Of a stretch of 64,000 bases of DNA, positions 18,241 through 28,408 are shown one piece after another. Position 1 is the stretch's first letter, and each line of letters starts with the position of its first letter. The notes below the pieces were generated by a model. It made no database searches and had not been told where the DNA came from. It saw nothing but the letters and a program-made list of their open reading frames with translations. The position numbers and the translations under genes were made by a program. Origin of the DNA: an uncultured virus (IMG/VR IMGVR_UViG_3300006923_003182) (taxonomy: Duplodnaviria > Heunggongvirae > Uroviricota > Caudoviricetes); IMG/VR virus record IMGVR_UViG_3300006923_003182, positions 1 through 64,000 of that record; one strand, written 5' to 3'.

Positions 18241-18699
18241 TTATTTCGCCTCAGAGTCGTCGATATTAAAGCATTGAACTTTTAACAGGGCACTGCTTAT
18301 GAGGCCAGTAAGAGTTGTATATAGCGCCGTTGACATTCCAACTCCTAGTTCTGTAATCAAATCCTGAATTGTACTTATATCTTCTATATTTATGCCAGCA
18401 AACCCACTAAGCATTTCTATAAAACCTATAACAGTTCCAATCATTCCTATTGTGAGAACCAGATCGCTCATAAACCATCCAAATTCTATATTCGGGGTCA
18501 GACCTCGATCGATCTGCCATGATTTATGCCCACACCACACGGACGTAACAATTAAAACGAGTAAGTTTACAAAGCTCAGCTTGGTAAAGTCACTATCCCA
18601 AAGAGCCTCTCCCAGGCCCATATAGAGTCCCTGGGTTATCGCCCCGAGCATGAGCGAAAAAAACAACCACCAGGTTAAAAATGTTTTATATTTATTCAC
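18241..18699 (-). CDS. MotA/TolQ/ExbB proton-channel family protein
   Basis: IGMIGTVIGFI and GMSTALYTTLTGL helices. Confidence 0.8.
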   Translation of the reverse strand: MNKYKTFLTWWLFFSLMLGAITQGLYMGLGEALWDSDFTKLSFVNLLVLIVTSVWCGHKSWQIDRGLTPNIEFGWFMSDLVLTIGMIGTVIGFIEMLSGFAGINIEDISTIQDLITELGVGMSTALYTTLTGLISSALLKVQCFNIDDSEAK

Positions 18700-21600
18700 T
18701 CAGCGCCCCTGCTTGGTAACGCTCGAAAGCCACCGGGCGCGAGCTGTCCGCCCATTAGGAGCAAGCCCACTATAGTCATCGATCTTATCCAGACCGAGCT
18801 CAAAAAAGTAGTAACCACCTTTTGCCTCTGCTAATCGACTGGCTGCAGAAATTGCGAAATCTGCATCACCGTATATTTCGTGTATTTTGCTATCAAAAAA
18901 TTCATAAGGAGAGGCCTTCGCCAGAGACTCCGCAGCCTCCATTGTCAAGTGTCCGTATTCATCCGATTCGTGAAATTTTAGATCAAAAAAGATTCGAGGG
19001 CCTAATTCTATCATCCCCTTCATGGCAATCGGTATTCTGTCTTTGTACTTATCTATTTTGTAAAGATCACTTCCAAAGAATACCCACGGAAAGCTCTCTA
19101 TTATCCTGTCTATTGCGACTTCCGCAAGAACCTCGTACCTTTCATCGGCTGCCGTATCGGGGCCCTCCTCGAAAAAGGCCCATGGGTATTTCCCTGTAGC
19201 CAAGGCCTCCGCTGCGGCGAGCCCAAATTCCGAATATTCCGCCATCATGTGAAGGTTGAGCTTAAAAAATTCATCTGGATTTTTTTCGGATAAAGCTTTC
19301 GCGGCGGGCAGGGCTGCTGCCGCGTATATATCACTTGGGCCCTGCTTATGTATTTCTAATTGAAAATAAGAATATGGACGTGACTCTACCATGCATTTTA
19401 CAAATTTCTTATTTAATACTTCAAATCTTGGGTCATTAAATCGGCCATTTAATAACTTTAAGTATTTTTCATAATCACTACATACATATCTCTTGGCCAT
19501 CCTGATGGCTATCGTGATAAACTCCTCGACGGTGTGTAGTCCGTTATCTGTAAAGTCAGAGAAGCTATCCGAGTTATTTTTCGCCAAGGTTGCATCAAGT
19601 GTGTGCATCGTGTTATTTGTCAGCAACTCTTTTAGATTAACATTGGTCGCGTACTCTCCTAAGGCCTTAATTGCTTGTCCTTTTTTGTAATAATCATTTT
19701 GATTCTCCATATTATATATCACGTATCTATCCAAAAAGACTCTTGCAGACTCCTTTAGCCCTTCATCATCAAATACTTCATTAGGAAGGTTTTCCATCAT
19801 ATCTTGAATCATATACCCATCTGGGACGCCAAAGCCTTCGATTCTCGCATCCGAATTAAAGGCGTCAATCCATACCTTCATCCGTTCCCGAATAAATTCT
19901 ATAGTTTTATATTTTTCAACCGGGAGAATCACCAACGCCCTCCATTCCAGATGGGATCCAAGAGATGTTTCTATTAGCATTTCTCGCAACTCCTCTGTTT
20001 CTAGCAAATCAAAGATCCCCAGAACCTCTTCTTCCGATATATGCTCGGAATGTAGGACGTATGAGCTCACAGCTTTCGAGATAAGCACATCTGGCAGGTG
20101 ATTGTCCTTATTCGCCCTCATAACCTTCTCAAATCCGTAACTTCGTTCGTCGATCATTATTGTTTCAATATTTTTAGCAAGAAACCTCAAAGCAATTGGG
20201 GATAGCGCAGACATCCCAAGTACGGAAAAGAAAACACTACTGAGATTGTACTCTTTACCTTTCTCTTCCATATTGCTCAAAACACCGTCGACCAAGTTAT
20301 GCTCCTCTCGACCGGCTAGGACTGCTATAACTTCATCCGGAGACCATAGGGCTCCGGAGTAATAATTATCCATTATCTTTTCAGTCTCGGCAATCATCCA
20401 ATAATCGTCTGAATCTTCATAATCTATTGGAGCAAAATACTCATCCAGCCAATTACGAATATATGGTGCATACTTCTGTACCGGAGGGGCGTTTTCCTTT
20501 CCCTTTATTTGATGCACATTTCTGCCCGATGAGCCTCCCACCTCTATTGTCACGTGAGGCTCATTCTTGGCGTCTCTTAGAGAATAGATCTTAAGGCGCC
20601 CAATGATGATGTCATCGCAATAGCCCCCAACGCAGTGCCCCATGTTGCGACCCTCGGTTTCGACATCCTCGGGCGGGACAAGAACCATCGTGTATCCGTC
20701 CCCAAAATCATGATGAACATTTTTTGTATTATATTCGCCAACTTCAATAGCCGGAACAAACTGCTCGTGCCACTTTTCGGCAGCCTGGATCATGGTCTGC
20801 GCGGAAATACTCTGCCATGGGCCCATTCCCGGCTCAGGGAACGCATCCAGAGAGTTCACATAATCCTTAATTTGAATTAAAACCAGCCGTGGCGATGCCG
20901 CTTCATTCATATTAATGTTCGCCAGCCACTTAATAAATGGCTTTCTATTCTTATGGGGCAACAGGTCATCACCGACGAGGGCAATGGCATTTAATGCCGA
21001 TCTATTAAAAATTGGTCCATCCTCTGCCCTCTCGGAAAGGCTCTCAAAATAAGATCGAGGATCTTGCTCCGGGCTCTTTGCGATCTGCTTTTGCAATGAC
21101 TTTATATTAATCTTTTTTAGATACTCCTTATCTGCCTGTGCGGCAACCTTGTGCAGCTTTTCTATCTGGCCCATCCGGCCTCTTTCGCTTTCGCAAGCTC
21201 TAATTATTGATATATCTTTTGCCTCTTTCTTGAAGCCATTACTCCGAAGCCATTTCGACAGCCTATCTAGAGCATAATCAGGCTCATCTGGCCACTCATC
21301 CGGATCGAACTCAGACCACTGCTCATTTAGCGAAATATATTTAGATGGTATGTGACCATTGATAATTATTGTATCGTGATCAACTCCGTCATTAGCCGCC
21401 TCAGAATCAGAATACTCCACCCCCAGAGCCCAGGCTATGGAGTTTATCATTTTTTCTCTATAAATAGCCGGCTCCATCTCTATAACAGGGAGCTCTTCAT
21501 TCTTTTGCTCATAATCTTTGCGCATCGCGCTTAAATCTATTTCAAATATATAGTCGCCATAAGAGTCAATTGCTTCTGGATTGAAGCTTGCGAAAATAGC

Positions 21601-22068
21601 ACTTCCAACCCAGCGATTTGAAAGCCCCCTCGTCTTGCTCATTGGAGATAGCCCTTCTCGCATAATTGATTTAACATTCTCTCCTGGAGTTGCGTGATAG
21701 GCTATTCCGGCAAAGTAATCCTCCTGATAATTCTCCTCGTCAACGTAGTCTTCTGGGGAAATGTTATAAATCCAATGATTCGCGTCTTCGGAGCCGCTTA
21801 TATTTTCACCGTCCATGTCAGCAACATGTTTGTCGCCCCGCCAGCCAAATGCATAAATTTTACTCAGGCCCTCTTTTTCGTTCGTAAGATCTATAACTTC
21901 CGTGGATCCACCGTCCTTATTTATAAGCTCAGAAAACCTACTCCAATTAAGCGCCTCATACCCCCCTATCACGTCCTCAAGGATCCCGAGCTCTTCCTCG
22001 GTCAAGCCTTCTGGTTTCATGGCAGCTTTAAATAGACTTTTAACTCTTAATCGCCTAAAGCTTCTCAT
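18700..22068 (-). CDS. multidomain polyprotein: ART-like (Tpt1/KptA-like) + PcfJ-like + helical repeats
   Basis: YHATPGENVKSIMREGLSP...IPSKYI; EGRNMGHCVGGY...IYSLRD...PHVTIE...QIKGKEN; C-terminal ~30-aa AAxxL...PxxFF repeats. Confidence 0.75.
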   Translation of the reverse strand: MRSFRRLRVKSLFKAAMKPEGLTEEELGILEDVIGGYEALNWSRFSELINKDGGSTEVIDLTNEKEGLSKIYAFGWRGDKHVADMDGENISGSEDANHWIYNISPEDYVDEENYQEDYFAGIAYHATPGENVKSIMREGLSPMSKTRGLSNRWVGSAIFASFNPEAIDSYGDYIFEIDLSAMRKDYEQKNEELPVIEMEPAIYREKMINSIAWALGVEYSDSEAANDGVDHDTIIINGHIPSKYISLNEQWSEFDPDEWPDEPDYALDRLSKWLRSNGFKKEAKDISIIRACESERGRMGQIEKLHKVAAQADKEYLKKINIKSLQKQIAKSPEQDPRSYFESLSERAEDGPIFNRSALNAIALVGDDLLPHKNRKPFIKWLANINMNEAASPRLVLIQIKDYVNSLDAFPEPGMGPWQSISAQTMIQAAEKWHEQFVPAIEVGEYNTKNVHHDFGDGYTMVLVPPEDVETEGRNMGHCVGGYCDDIIIGRLKIYSLRDAKNEPHVTIEVGGSSGRNVHQIKGKENAPPVQKYAPYIRNWLDEYFAPIDYEDSDDYWMIAETEKIMDNYYSGALWSPDEVIAVLAGREEHNLVDGVLSNMEEKGKEYNLSSVFFSVLGMSALSPIALRFLAKNIETIMIDERSYGFEKVMRANKDNHLPDVLISKAVSSYVLHSEHISEEEVLGIFDLLETEELREMLIETSLGSHLEWRALVILPVEKYKTIEFIRERMKVWIDAFNSDARIEGFGVPDGYMIQDMMENLPNEVFDDEGLKESARVFLDRYVIYNMENQNDYYKKGQAIKALGEYATNVNLKELLTNNTMHTLDATLAKNNSDSFSDFTDNGLHTVEEFITIAIRMAKRYVCSDYEKYLKLLNGRFNDPRFEVLNKKFVKCMVESRPYSYFQLEIHKQGPSDIYAAAALPAAKALSEKNPDEFFKLNLHMMAEYSEFGLAAAEALATGKYPWAFFEEGPDTAADERYEVLAEVAIDRIIESFPWVFFGSDLYKIDKYKDRIPIAMKGMIELGPRIFFDLKFHESDEYGHLTMEAAESLAKASPYEFFDSKIHEIYGDADFAISAASRLAEAKGGYYFFELGLDKIDDYSGLAPNGRTARARWLSSVTKQGR

Positions 22069-22505
22069 TGCCCCCTCCAGTACATTATCAGGGCAGGTAC
22101 ATGCGTCATTCCAAGCTCTATGGCCGCTGCGAGTCGATGACGACCACTAACGAGCTTATAGCTTCTATTTCCCCATGAACTTTTCCATAATGTTACCGGA
22201 GGAAGCGGAACCCCACTCATCATTTTATCTTTCAGCTCATTCGTCCAGATCCTTCCATATTCTTCTTGTTTTTTTGCCAAATTTATTGGAGCATTATAAT
22301 CAAACTCTTCGACCGAGATAATTTCAATTCCGTCGCCAAACAAATCCTCCTTCCTATCTTCGGGCCCCAAAAACTGCTGCACTTCCCCCTGGGCATCATG
22401 CATTTCCCTGTCTACAGATGAGTGGTCAGCTTCCCATGTGACTCGCTCTACGGCTTCGGCGATCTTAAGGAATCTTTTTAATTGCATTTTTCTGCAGCCC
22501 TTCAT
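22065..22505 (-). CDS. ParB/Srx-like domain protein
   Basis: LPPVTL...YKLVSGRHRLAAAIELGMTHVPA. Confidence 0.75.
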   Translation of the reverse strand: MKGCRKMQLKRFLKIAEAVERVTWEADHSSVDREMHDAQGEVQQFLGPEDRKEDLFGDGIEIISVEEFDYNAPINLAKKQEEYGRIWTNELKDKMMSGVPLPPVTLWKSSWGNRSYKLVSGRHRLAAAIELGMTHVPALIMYWRGQ

Positions 22506-24979
22506 TCCAAGACATCCTTATATCCAGCGACCCATGAATCATCCTGCTCTATGTTTTGCATTTGATTTTTAGAAATCATTATCCAAATATACTTCTCTCC
22601 GGCATTGATTGCCGCAAAGGCCCTATGATTCCCATCTCGAATTTGGAATGTAAATTTGCCCAGATCTCCCCCTCCAGACTCCTCTGCTTTTTTCAACTGC
22701 AATTCTAACTCATCTTTGAGCTCGTTATATGAGCTTTTGATTATCTCATATTCGTCATCATATTCTGCATTGTTATTTAAGTATTCTTCTTTATCCTTCA
22801 AATATTCATCTAGATCTTCATCTCCAGTTGTTAATGGCGCATGGCCGTAATCTTCCTGGTACTGTATCGACTCTTCAACCTCGCTGAGTCCGACTTTTGA
22901 CATCTCGCCATATGGCGCGTAAAGAATCACCTTTTCTGGAGATGAATTTATCTTGTCGGCCAATTGAGAAATCTTCTCATCGTAAAATACATTCCCTTGG
23001 ATTGGATAAACATAATGAGAATCCGCCCTTACCATCTTTCCGGAGTCTCCAATCCAAATTACATTTTGCCCATGATATAGATTGTCAAATTCTGTTTCGC
23101 GCTCGATCTCATCTGAATCTAAATCTGGATAAAAATCTTCACGGTATTCCGCATATTGATCCGGCTGGCGCCAAAGCGGACCTTCGTCGCGGGGGACTGC
23201 GAGCTTGAGCAGCTGATTTAATGTTTTTAATTCTGCATATCTTTTCGAATATGCCGTAGCGGCAGTTTCCCCCACGCCCGATCCAACAAGCAGTTCGAGA
23301 ATCATATCGCTGCGGTCTGGATTATCCCTCCTGAGCTCGCTATAAAAGTCAACCATTTTAGTGACCTTCTCGGGGGGTACATTATTTATCTTCGCTACCA
23401 TATTTGTGAATTCTTCGTCCGAATAATTTGGCTTAGACAGATCGTAACCCACATCCGAAAGCCTCCTCTCAGATCCATATGGCTGATCTTTCCGGGGAAC
23501 AACTTTCAGGCCTAATTTTAGAAATTCTTCTCGCGAATACCAAACCGGATCCTTGCCATACTCTTTGTGTCTTATTCTCTTTATTTGCCTCGGAGAAACA
23601 AGGCCTCTCAATAATGCTTGAGGCTCGCCTCCCTGGGTCCAGGTTAGAGACAGATGTGGCCTAAAGCTATCTGGAAACTTTTTACCTGCCATCTCGGATC
23701 TGGCTTTCACTTCGGCGTTATGCCAATCGACAGAATGGGCATGCGGATCGCTTTTTCTTCCTATATTCCCAGAATAATCAACTCCATGAAGAAATTTGGC
23801 CCTTACATCAATCTCTAGAATTATCTGCCCATAGCTTGCAAACTTATCCGCCGCCTCTTCGGTTGGGGCCACGAAAATACCCGCGTGTCTCGGGCCGCTA
23901 TAAAGCCTTGGCATAATCTTATTTGCGTCAAATCCATTAATCATTTCGTAGCAATCCGCCAGGGTTGTGCCATGGAAAACTGTTATGATATCATTTGGAC
24001 GAACATTGTTGACATCCATTTCTTCTGATATTTTAAAAATTTGACCCAAACGAACCTTCCTGGAAGACTCTTTGTCGCCCAAAGACTCGACCATATAAGA
24101 GTGAAGGCCTCGGCGATCTTCTTTATCTTCCATTTTTTGCCGCGCATATTCTGATTTATACCTCCTGTCGAAGGGGCTCTCCTCGAACCCCTCTTCGACT
24201 CGGCTTAGCATATCGGAATGAGTGGACCTTCCCATGGATGAGTCCGGCCTATAGTCTACAAAGGAAACAAACCTTCTTCCTTCTAATTGGTTATTTCTAA
24301 CAAAGGTGTCGATTATTGCCGACAACGCGTTGATCGAAGAATCATAAGACTCTCCGCCAAATGGCAGTTTATAGCTTTTATCGTACTTCTCCTTCCACTT
24401 TTTCGCCGTCATTCCGGTCCGCAAATAATCATCTTTAAATAATCCCGGATTGTCATAGGCCGGGAAGTCATTCCACATATCCTCCGGCACAACTCCGAGC
24501 GGCTCACTTACCGTGACGAAAAATACAGAATCATCCAGTTCACCGGATTCGACCTGTTTTCTTATTTTATTATATGCCTTATAATATTCGCTAGTATTGC
24601 AGCGACCATGGCCCCAAGGCTTTGTTGACGCGCATGGAACCAGGGCGATTGTCTTGTATTCTTCGGGGATTTTATAGTTTCGCATTTTTTCATGCCACTC
24701 TATAATTTCCGGCTGAGATAGAAGCCCAACGGTTTCTCCGGGAGTATATGCAACAAGATCTGGGTTTAATCTGAAATCTTTATCGCCATAACCTTTGGTT
24801 TTTTTATCCAAAAGATGTTGGCGTAATTCTGGCCAATTCTCCTCAGATATGTATGGCTTTTTTCCTTCATTATCCGAGCCCAATTGGGCTCTTTCAAATT
24901 CTGATAGCTCAATTTTTGGGCGATCGGCAGAAGACTGCTTAAAGAGTCTTTTTAGATGTAATTTTCTAAAACTTTTCAT
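22502..24979 (-). CDS. multidomain polyprotein: DUF5591/ArcS-like + ART-like + ParB-like
   Basis: LVPCASTKPW...VSEPLGVVP...YDNPG; VFHGTT...GIFVAP; FQIRDGNHRAFAA. Confidence 0.65.
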   Translation of the reverse strand: MKSFRKLHLKRLFKQSSADRPKIELSEFERAQLGSDNEGKKPYISEENWPELRQHLLDKKTKGYGDKDFRLNPDLVAYTPGETVGLLSQPEIIEWHEKMRNYKIPEEYKTIALVPCASTKPWGHGRCNTSEYYKAYNKIRKQVESGELDDSVFFVTVSEPLGVVPEDMWNDFPAYDNPGLFKDDYLRTGMTAKKWKEKYDKSYKLPFGGESYDSSINALSAIIDTFVRNNQLEGRRFVSFVDYRPDSSMGRSTHSDMLSRVEEGFEESPFDRRYKSEYARQKMEDKEDRRGLHSYMVESLGDKESSRKVRLGQIFKISEEMDVNNVRPNDIITVFHGTTLADCYEMINGFDANKIMPRLYSGPRHAGIFVAPTEEAADKFASYGQIILEIDVRAKFLHGVDYSGNIGRKSDPHAHSVDWHNAEVKARSEMAGKKFPDSFRPHLSLTWTQGGEPQALLRGLVSPRQIKRIRHKEYGKDPVWYSREEFLKLGLKVVPRKDQPYGSERRLSDVGYDLSKPNYSDEEFTNMVAKINNVPPEKVTKMVDFYSELRRDNPDRSDMILELLVGSGVGETAATAYSKRYAELKTLNQLLKLAVPRDEGPLWRQPDQYAEYREDFYPDLDSDEIERETEFDNLYHGQNVIWIGDSGKMVRADSHYVYPIQGNVFYDEKISQLADKINSSPEKVILYAPYGEMSKVGLSEVEESIQYQEDYGHAPLTTGDEDLDEYLKDKEEYLNNNAEYDDEYEIIKSSYNELKDELELQLKKAEESGGGDLGKFTFQIRDGNHRAFAAINAGEKYIWIMISKNQMQNIEQDDSWVAGYKDVLE

Positions 24980-25335
24980 TGTTTCTCAATCTTAATTACC
25001 ATTACATTATTAGGATCGAATATTACCCAATTTCCATCCAAATAAATGGAATCAAACCCTTGCTCTTGAATTTGCTGCAGGTAAAGCTTGTCATATTCGC
25101 CCCATCCGGCGGTTCTGCCAACTGATAGTTCGACTTCCATTATATATTTTGATGATATAGCCCCAGATTCACCATTTAATATTTTATCTTTATCTTCGTG
25201 GAACCACATAACGCCCTGAGCTCCCATGCTGGGATCGAAAACATGAATAGGAACATTGCTACCATGATAGGCAGTAACTACTTCCTTGTCGGCTGCGATT
25301 TTATGCAAACTTGTTATTTTGCTAAAACGATTCAC
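24976..25335 (-). CDS. ADP-ribosyltransferase-like protein (polyvalent-protein ART type)
   Basis: AYHGSNVPIHVFD, MWF, GFDSI...WVIFDPNNV. Confidence 0.65.
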   Translation of the reverse strand: MNRFSKITSLHKIAADKEVVTAYHGSNVPIHVFDPSMGAQGVMWFHEDKDKILNGESGAISSKYIMEVELSVGRTAGWGEYDKLYLQQIQEQGFDSIYLDGNWVIFDPNNVMVIKIEKQ

Positions 25336-25384
25336 TTTAACCTAGTCCTTACGCTTGAAGAGCATTGATTATCAATAGAAATTT

Positions 25385-27208
25385 TCACTCAACGGAAACG
25401 GATTTTGCCAAATTACGAGGCATATCGACCGAACAGCCCCTCTCTATTGCCAAATAGTACGAAAATAATTGACATGGAACCAAAAACATCAGTGGATTCA
25501 AAACTTTATTCGAGCAAGTTGGAATTTCAATGTAGTCATCAACAATATTTCGTAGCTCATCAGAGCATTTATCTTCGAATATCCCGATCACCGTTCCTTT
25601 CCTTGCCTTTATCTCTCTAATATTTGAAATCATTTTCTCCTCAGATGCATCAGCGGAAACCAGCGCTAATGTTGGCATTTCTTCCGAAATCAAGGCCAGA
25701 GGCCCGTGCTTCAACTCAGCAGCGGAGTATCCTTCGGCGTGAATATAGCTTATTTCTTTTATTTTCAATGCAGCCTCTTTTGCGACCACTTCTAATGGCC
25801 CTCGGCCGATCGTTAGCATGTTATTATATTTTGCATATTTTTTGGCCAACACCTTGAGTTTGTCGGCAGACTCAAGCGCTCCAAGCATAGCGCCCGGAAG
25901 ACTTTTAAACTCAGACAGCAAAGACTCGTAACTTAGTCGAGCAAAATCTCTTTTTGCCCCGATCATTGCAGCCATAGCTAGCATCGCTGTTATTTGGTTC
26001 ATAACAGCCTTGGTCGATGCCACAGACACCTCTTTTCCTGCACGAATATATATTCCTGCGTCGACCATCTTTGAAATTGTAGAATTTGGAACATTTACAA
26101 TTCCAACATTTAATGCCCCATGGTTCTTAAATGCCTTTATGCATCCAATTGTATCCGCTGTTTCTCCGGACTGAGAAACTGACACCAAAACCGTTCCGCC
26201 CGTAACAACTGCGTTGTAATATTTCAATTCACCGGCAGGAATCGCTCTGGTTCTTATTCTTGCGATTGTTTCCATCGCCATCGCTCCGATTTGCGCAGCA
26301 TAAAATGCCGATCCGCATCCGGTAAATATTATCTCTTCTGCTTCTAGCAGATTATTAACAACAGAATCAATCCCGCCAATTCTAATTTCGTCATCGCAAA
26401 CTCTCCCCGTAATAGCCGTCCTCAAGTAGTCCGGCTGTTCGAATATTTCTTTTTCCAAAAAATGAGCATAATCACCCAAATGATATTGTGACTCTACAAG
26501 TTCTACTTTTTCAAACTTCGCGTCTACTCCCGCCCCGTCTAAAGCGTGCATCTTTACCGCCCCACCTCGGGCGATTATCGCCAAACGGTTGTCTGCCATT
26601 GTAACTACATTATCTGCACCGGACGGCAGAGATCCGAAATCAGAGGATATAAATATATTATCATCCGAATCCTTAGCGATGCAGGCGGGGGAGCCTAGTC
26701 TGGCGACAAAAAGCCTATCCTTATGATCCAAATGTGTGAATACCATTGCATATGCTCCACGTATCGATCTAAGGGCGGCAATTATGGCATCTTTTATATC
26801 TAAATTTGCAGAATAAAACTGAATTAAGTTTGGAACTATTTCGCTATCCGTATCCGAGGCAAACTTAAACCCCTCCTTTTCGAGGAAGCTCTTTAGCTCG
26901 GCATAATTTTCAATAATTCCATTATGTACCAAGGCAATTTTTTTATCATTTGAAAAATGAGGATGAGAATTAACTATACTTGGGACTCCGTGTGTTGCCC
27001 ATCTATTATGCCCGAATGATAATCCAAATGATTCGGCCTCTTCGGCTAATAGCTCCGGGTGACCTACGCACTTTTCGATCAAAAACTCACTATTTACTAC
27101 CGAGACGATTCCAGCGGAATCATATCCGCGGTAAGCAAGCCGCTCCAGCCCCGATCTCACTATGTCATATGAATTTTCATCTCCAATATATCCAAATATT
27201 CCACACAT
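25385..27208 (-). CDS. glmS: glutamine--fructose-6-phosphate aminotransferase
   Basis: MCGIFGY, RGYDSAG, GHNRWATHG, HNGIIENY, SQSGETADT, PRNLAKSVSVE. Confidence 0.97.
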   Translation of the reverse strand: MCGIFGYIGDENSYDIVRSGLERLAYRGYDSAGIVSVVNSEFLIEKCVGHPELLAEEAESFGLSFGHNRWATHGVPSIVNSHPHFSNDKKIALVHNGIIENYAELKSFLEKEGFKFASDTDSEIVPNLIQFYSANLDIKDAIIAALRSIRGAYAMVFTHLDHKDRLFVARLGSPACIAKDSDDNIFISSDFGSLPSGADNVVTMADNRLAIIARGGAVKMHALDGAGVDAKFEKVELVESQYHLGDYAHFLEKEIFEQPDYLRTAITGRVCDDEIRIGGIDSVVNNLLEAEEIIFTGCGSAFYAAQIGAMAMETIARIRTRAIPAGELKYYNAVVTGGTVLVSVSQSGETADTIGCIKAFKNHGALNVGIVNVPNSTISKMVDAGIYIRAGKEVSVASTKAVMNQITAMLAMAAMIGAKRDFARLSYESLLSEFKSLPGAMLGALESADKLKVLAKKYAKYNNMLTIGRGPLEVVAKEAALKIKEISYIHAEGYSAAELKHGPLALISEEMPTLALVSADASEEKMISNIREIKARKGTVIGIFEDKCSDELRNIVDDYIEIPTCSNKVLNPLMFLVPCQLFSYYLAIERGCSVDMPRNLAKSVSVE

Positions 27209-27282
27209 GCTTTTTCCCTCCGGGTTTCGTAATATCCCTTTAAATTAATAGCTAATTTTTAAATATATTGCGGAGGCTAAAA

Positions 27283-28041
27283 ATGAAACCAGTTAAATGC
27301 TATGACGATCTAGACTACATTCGAGGAAAGGACGCTAGACATATTCGGATACTACTAGAGCACGAACAGGTCAAAACGAGATTGAAGGACAACAATGTGG
27401 AAAATACAGTTGTAATTTTCGGGTCAGCAAGGACGCTTCCGCCATTAGACTTGACGTCAAAAGCTGAAGATGCTCATTTTGCAAAAGATAAAGAATTTAA
27501 AAAACAACTTTCCCAGTCGAGGTACTACGAAGAGTGCATGAAGTTGTCTGGAGACCTGATTGGGTGGTCTGATAAAAACAAGACAAATATGCATATATGC
27601 TCGGGAGGCGGCCCTGGAATTATGGAGGCCGCCAATAAGGGTGCATTTTTGGCCAATCCAAATAAAAGTATCGGATATGGAATATCCCTCCCATTTGAGG
27701 CAGAAAATAACGAATACATCACAGAAAATTTAAGCTTCGAGTTTCATTACTTCTTTATTCGCAAATTTTGGCTCACATATCATGCAAGAGCCGTTGTGGC
27801 CATGCCCGGTGGATTTGGAACTATGGACGAAATATTCGAGATTCTAACACTAGTACAGTGCCAGAAAATGCCAAAAGTTCCAATAGTCCTATATGGTAAA
27901 GATTATTGGAATTCTATTTTGAACCTTCAGGCATTTGCGGACCACGGAGTGATCTCGGAAGAAGATCTGAATTTATTTAAAATATGCGACACCCCGGAAG
28001 AGGCTCTGGAGTACTTGACGAAAAGCATGGAGCTGACGTAA
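27283..28041 (+). CDS. LOG/SLOG-family nucleotide-processing protein
   Basis: FGSAR, SGGGPGIMEAAN, FHYFFIRK, PGGFGTMDE; GGAGG precedes ATG 27283. Confidence 0.9.
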   Translation: MKPVKCYDDLDYIRGKDARHIRILLEHEQVKTRLKDNNVENTVVIFGSARTLPPLDLTSKAEDAHFAKDKEFKKQLSQSRYYEECMKLSGDLIGWSDKNKTNMHICSGGGPGIMEAANKGAFLANPNKSIGYGISLPFEAENNEYITENLSFEFHYFFIRKFWLTYHARAVVAMPGGFGTMDEIFEILTLVQCQKMPKVPIVLYGKDYWNSILNLQAFADHGVISEEDLNLFKICDTPEEALEYLTKSMELT

Positions 28042-28045
28042 ATAT

Positions 28046-28408
28046 TTACTCTCCCTCTTTCGTCTCCGGAAGTTTATTATCCTTGGTGCCGTCAATATTG
28101 TATGTTATTTGCTCTCCATCTTCAAAGGTAATAATGGTGCCATTTATTAAATGCGAAGTAATATGAATGCTTACGAAGTCGTTCATTGAGTCGAATACCG
28201 CGATCGATCCGCGAGGTGAGGGCGAGAGCCAGTGAAGCATTACCTGTCCTGTTGCCAATAACGCCCCCTCGACTATGACTCCCGTTCCTGATATCCCCGT
28301 TTCGTCATTTTGGCGGCAGACCGTAAAGGTTCTTATGCCCCTAGGAGCAAGTCTCGCTGGAGGGCGCGGCTTCAGATCCTCGTCCTCTGCTTTTTTCTCA
28401 TCTTCCAT
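28046..28408 (-). CDS. hypothetical phage protein
   Basis: RTFTVCRQNDETGISGTGVIVEG...W pattern recalled from phage hypotheticals. Confidence 0.65.
   Translation of the reverse strand: MEDEKKAEDEDLKPRPPARLAPRGIRTFTVCRQNDETGISGTGVIVEGALLATGQVMLHWLSPSPRGSIAVFDSMNDFVSIHITSHLINGTIITFEDGEQITYNIDGTKDNKLPETKEGE

Noticed and set aside
17108..18699. Zorya (zorAB) defence system
   Set aside because: The MotA-like protein has no long tail, the partner has no OmpA-like domain, and no zorC/D/E is seen
25385..27282. glmS ribozyme upstream of glmS
   Set aside because: The gap is only ~74 nt, AT-rich and shared with the divergent gene, too short for the ribozyme
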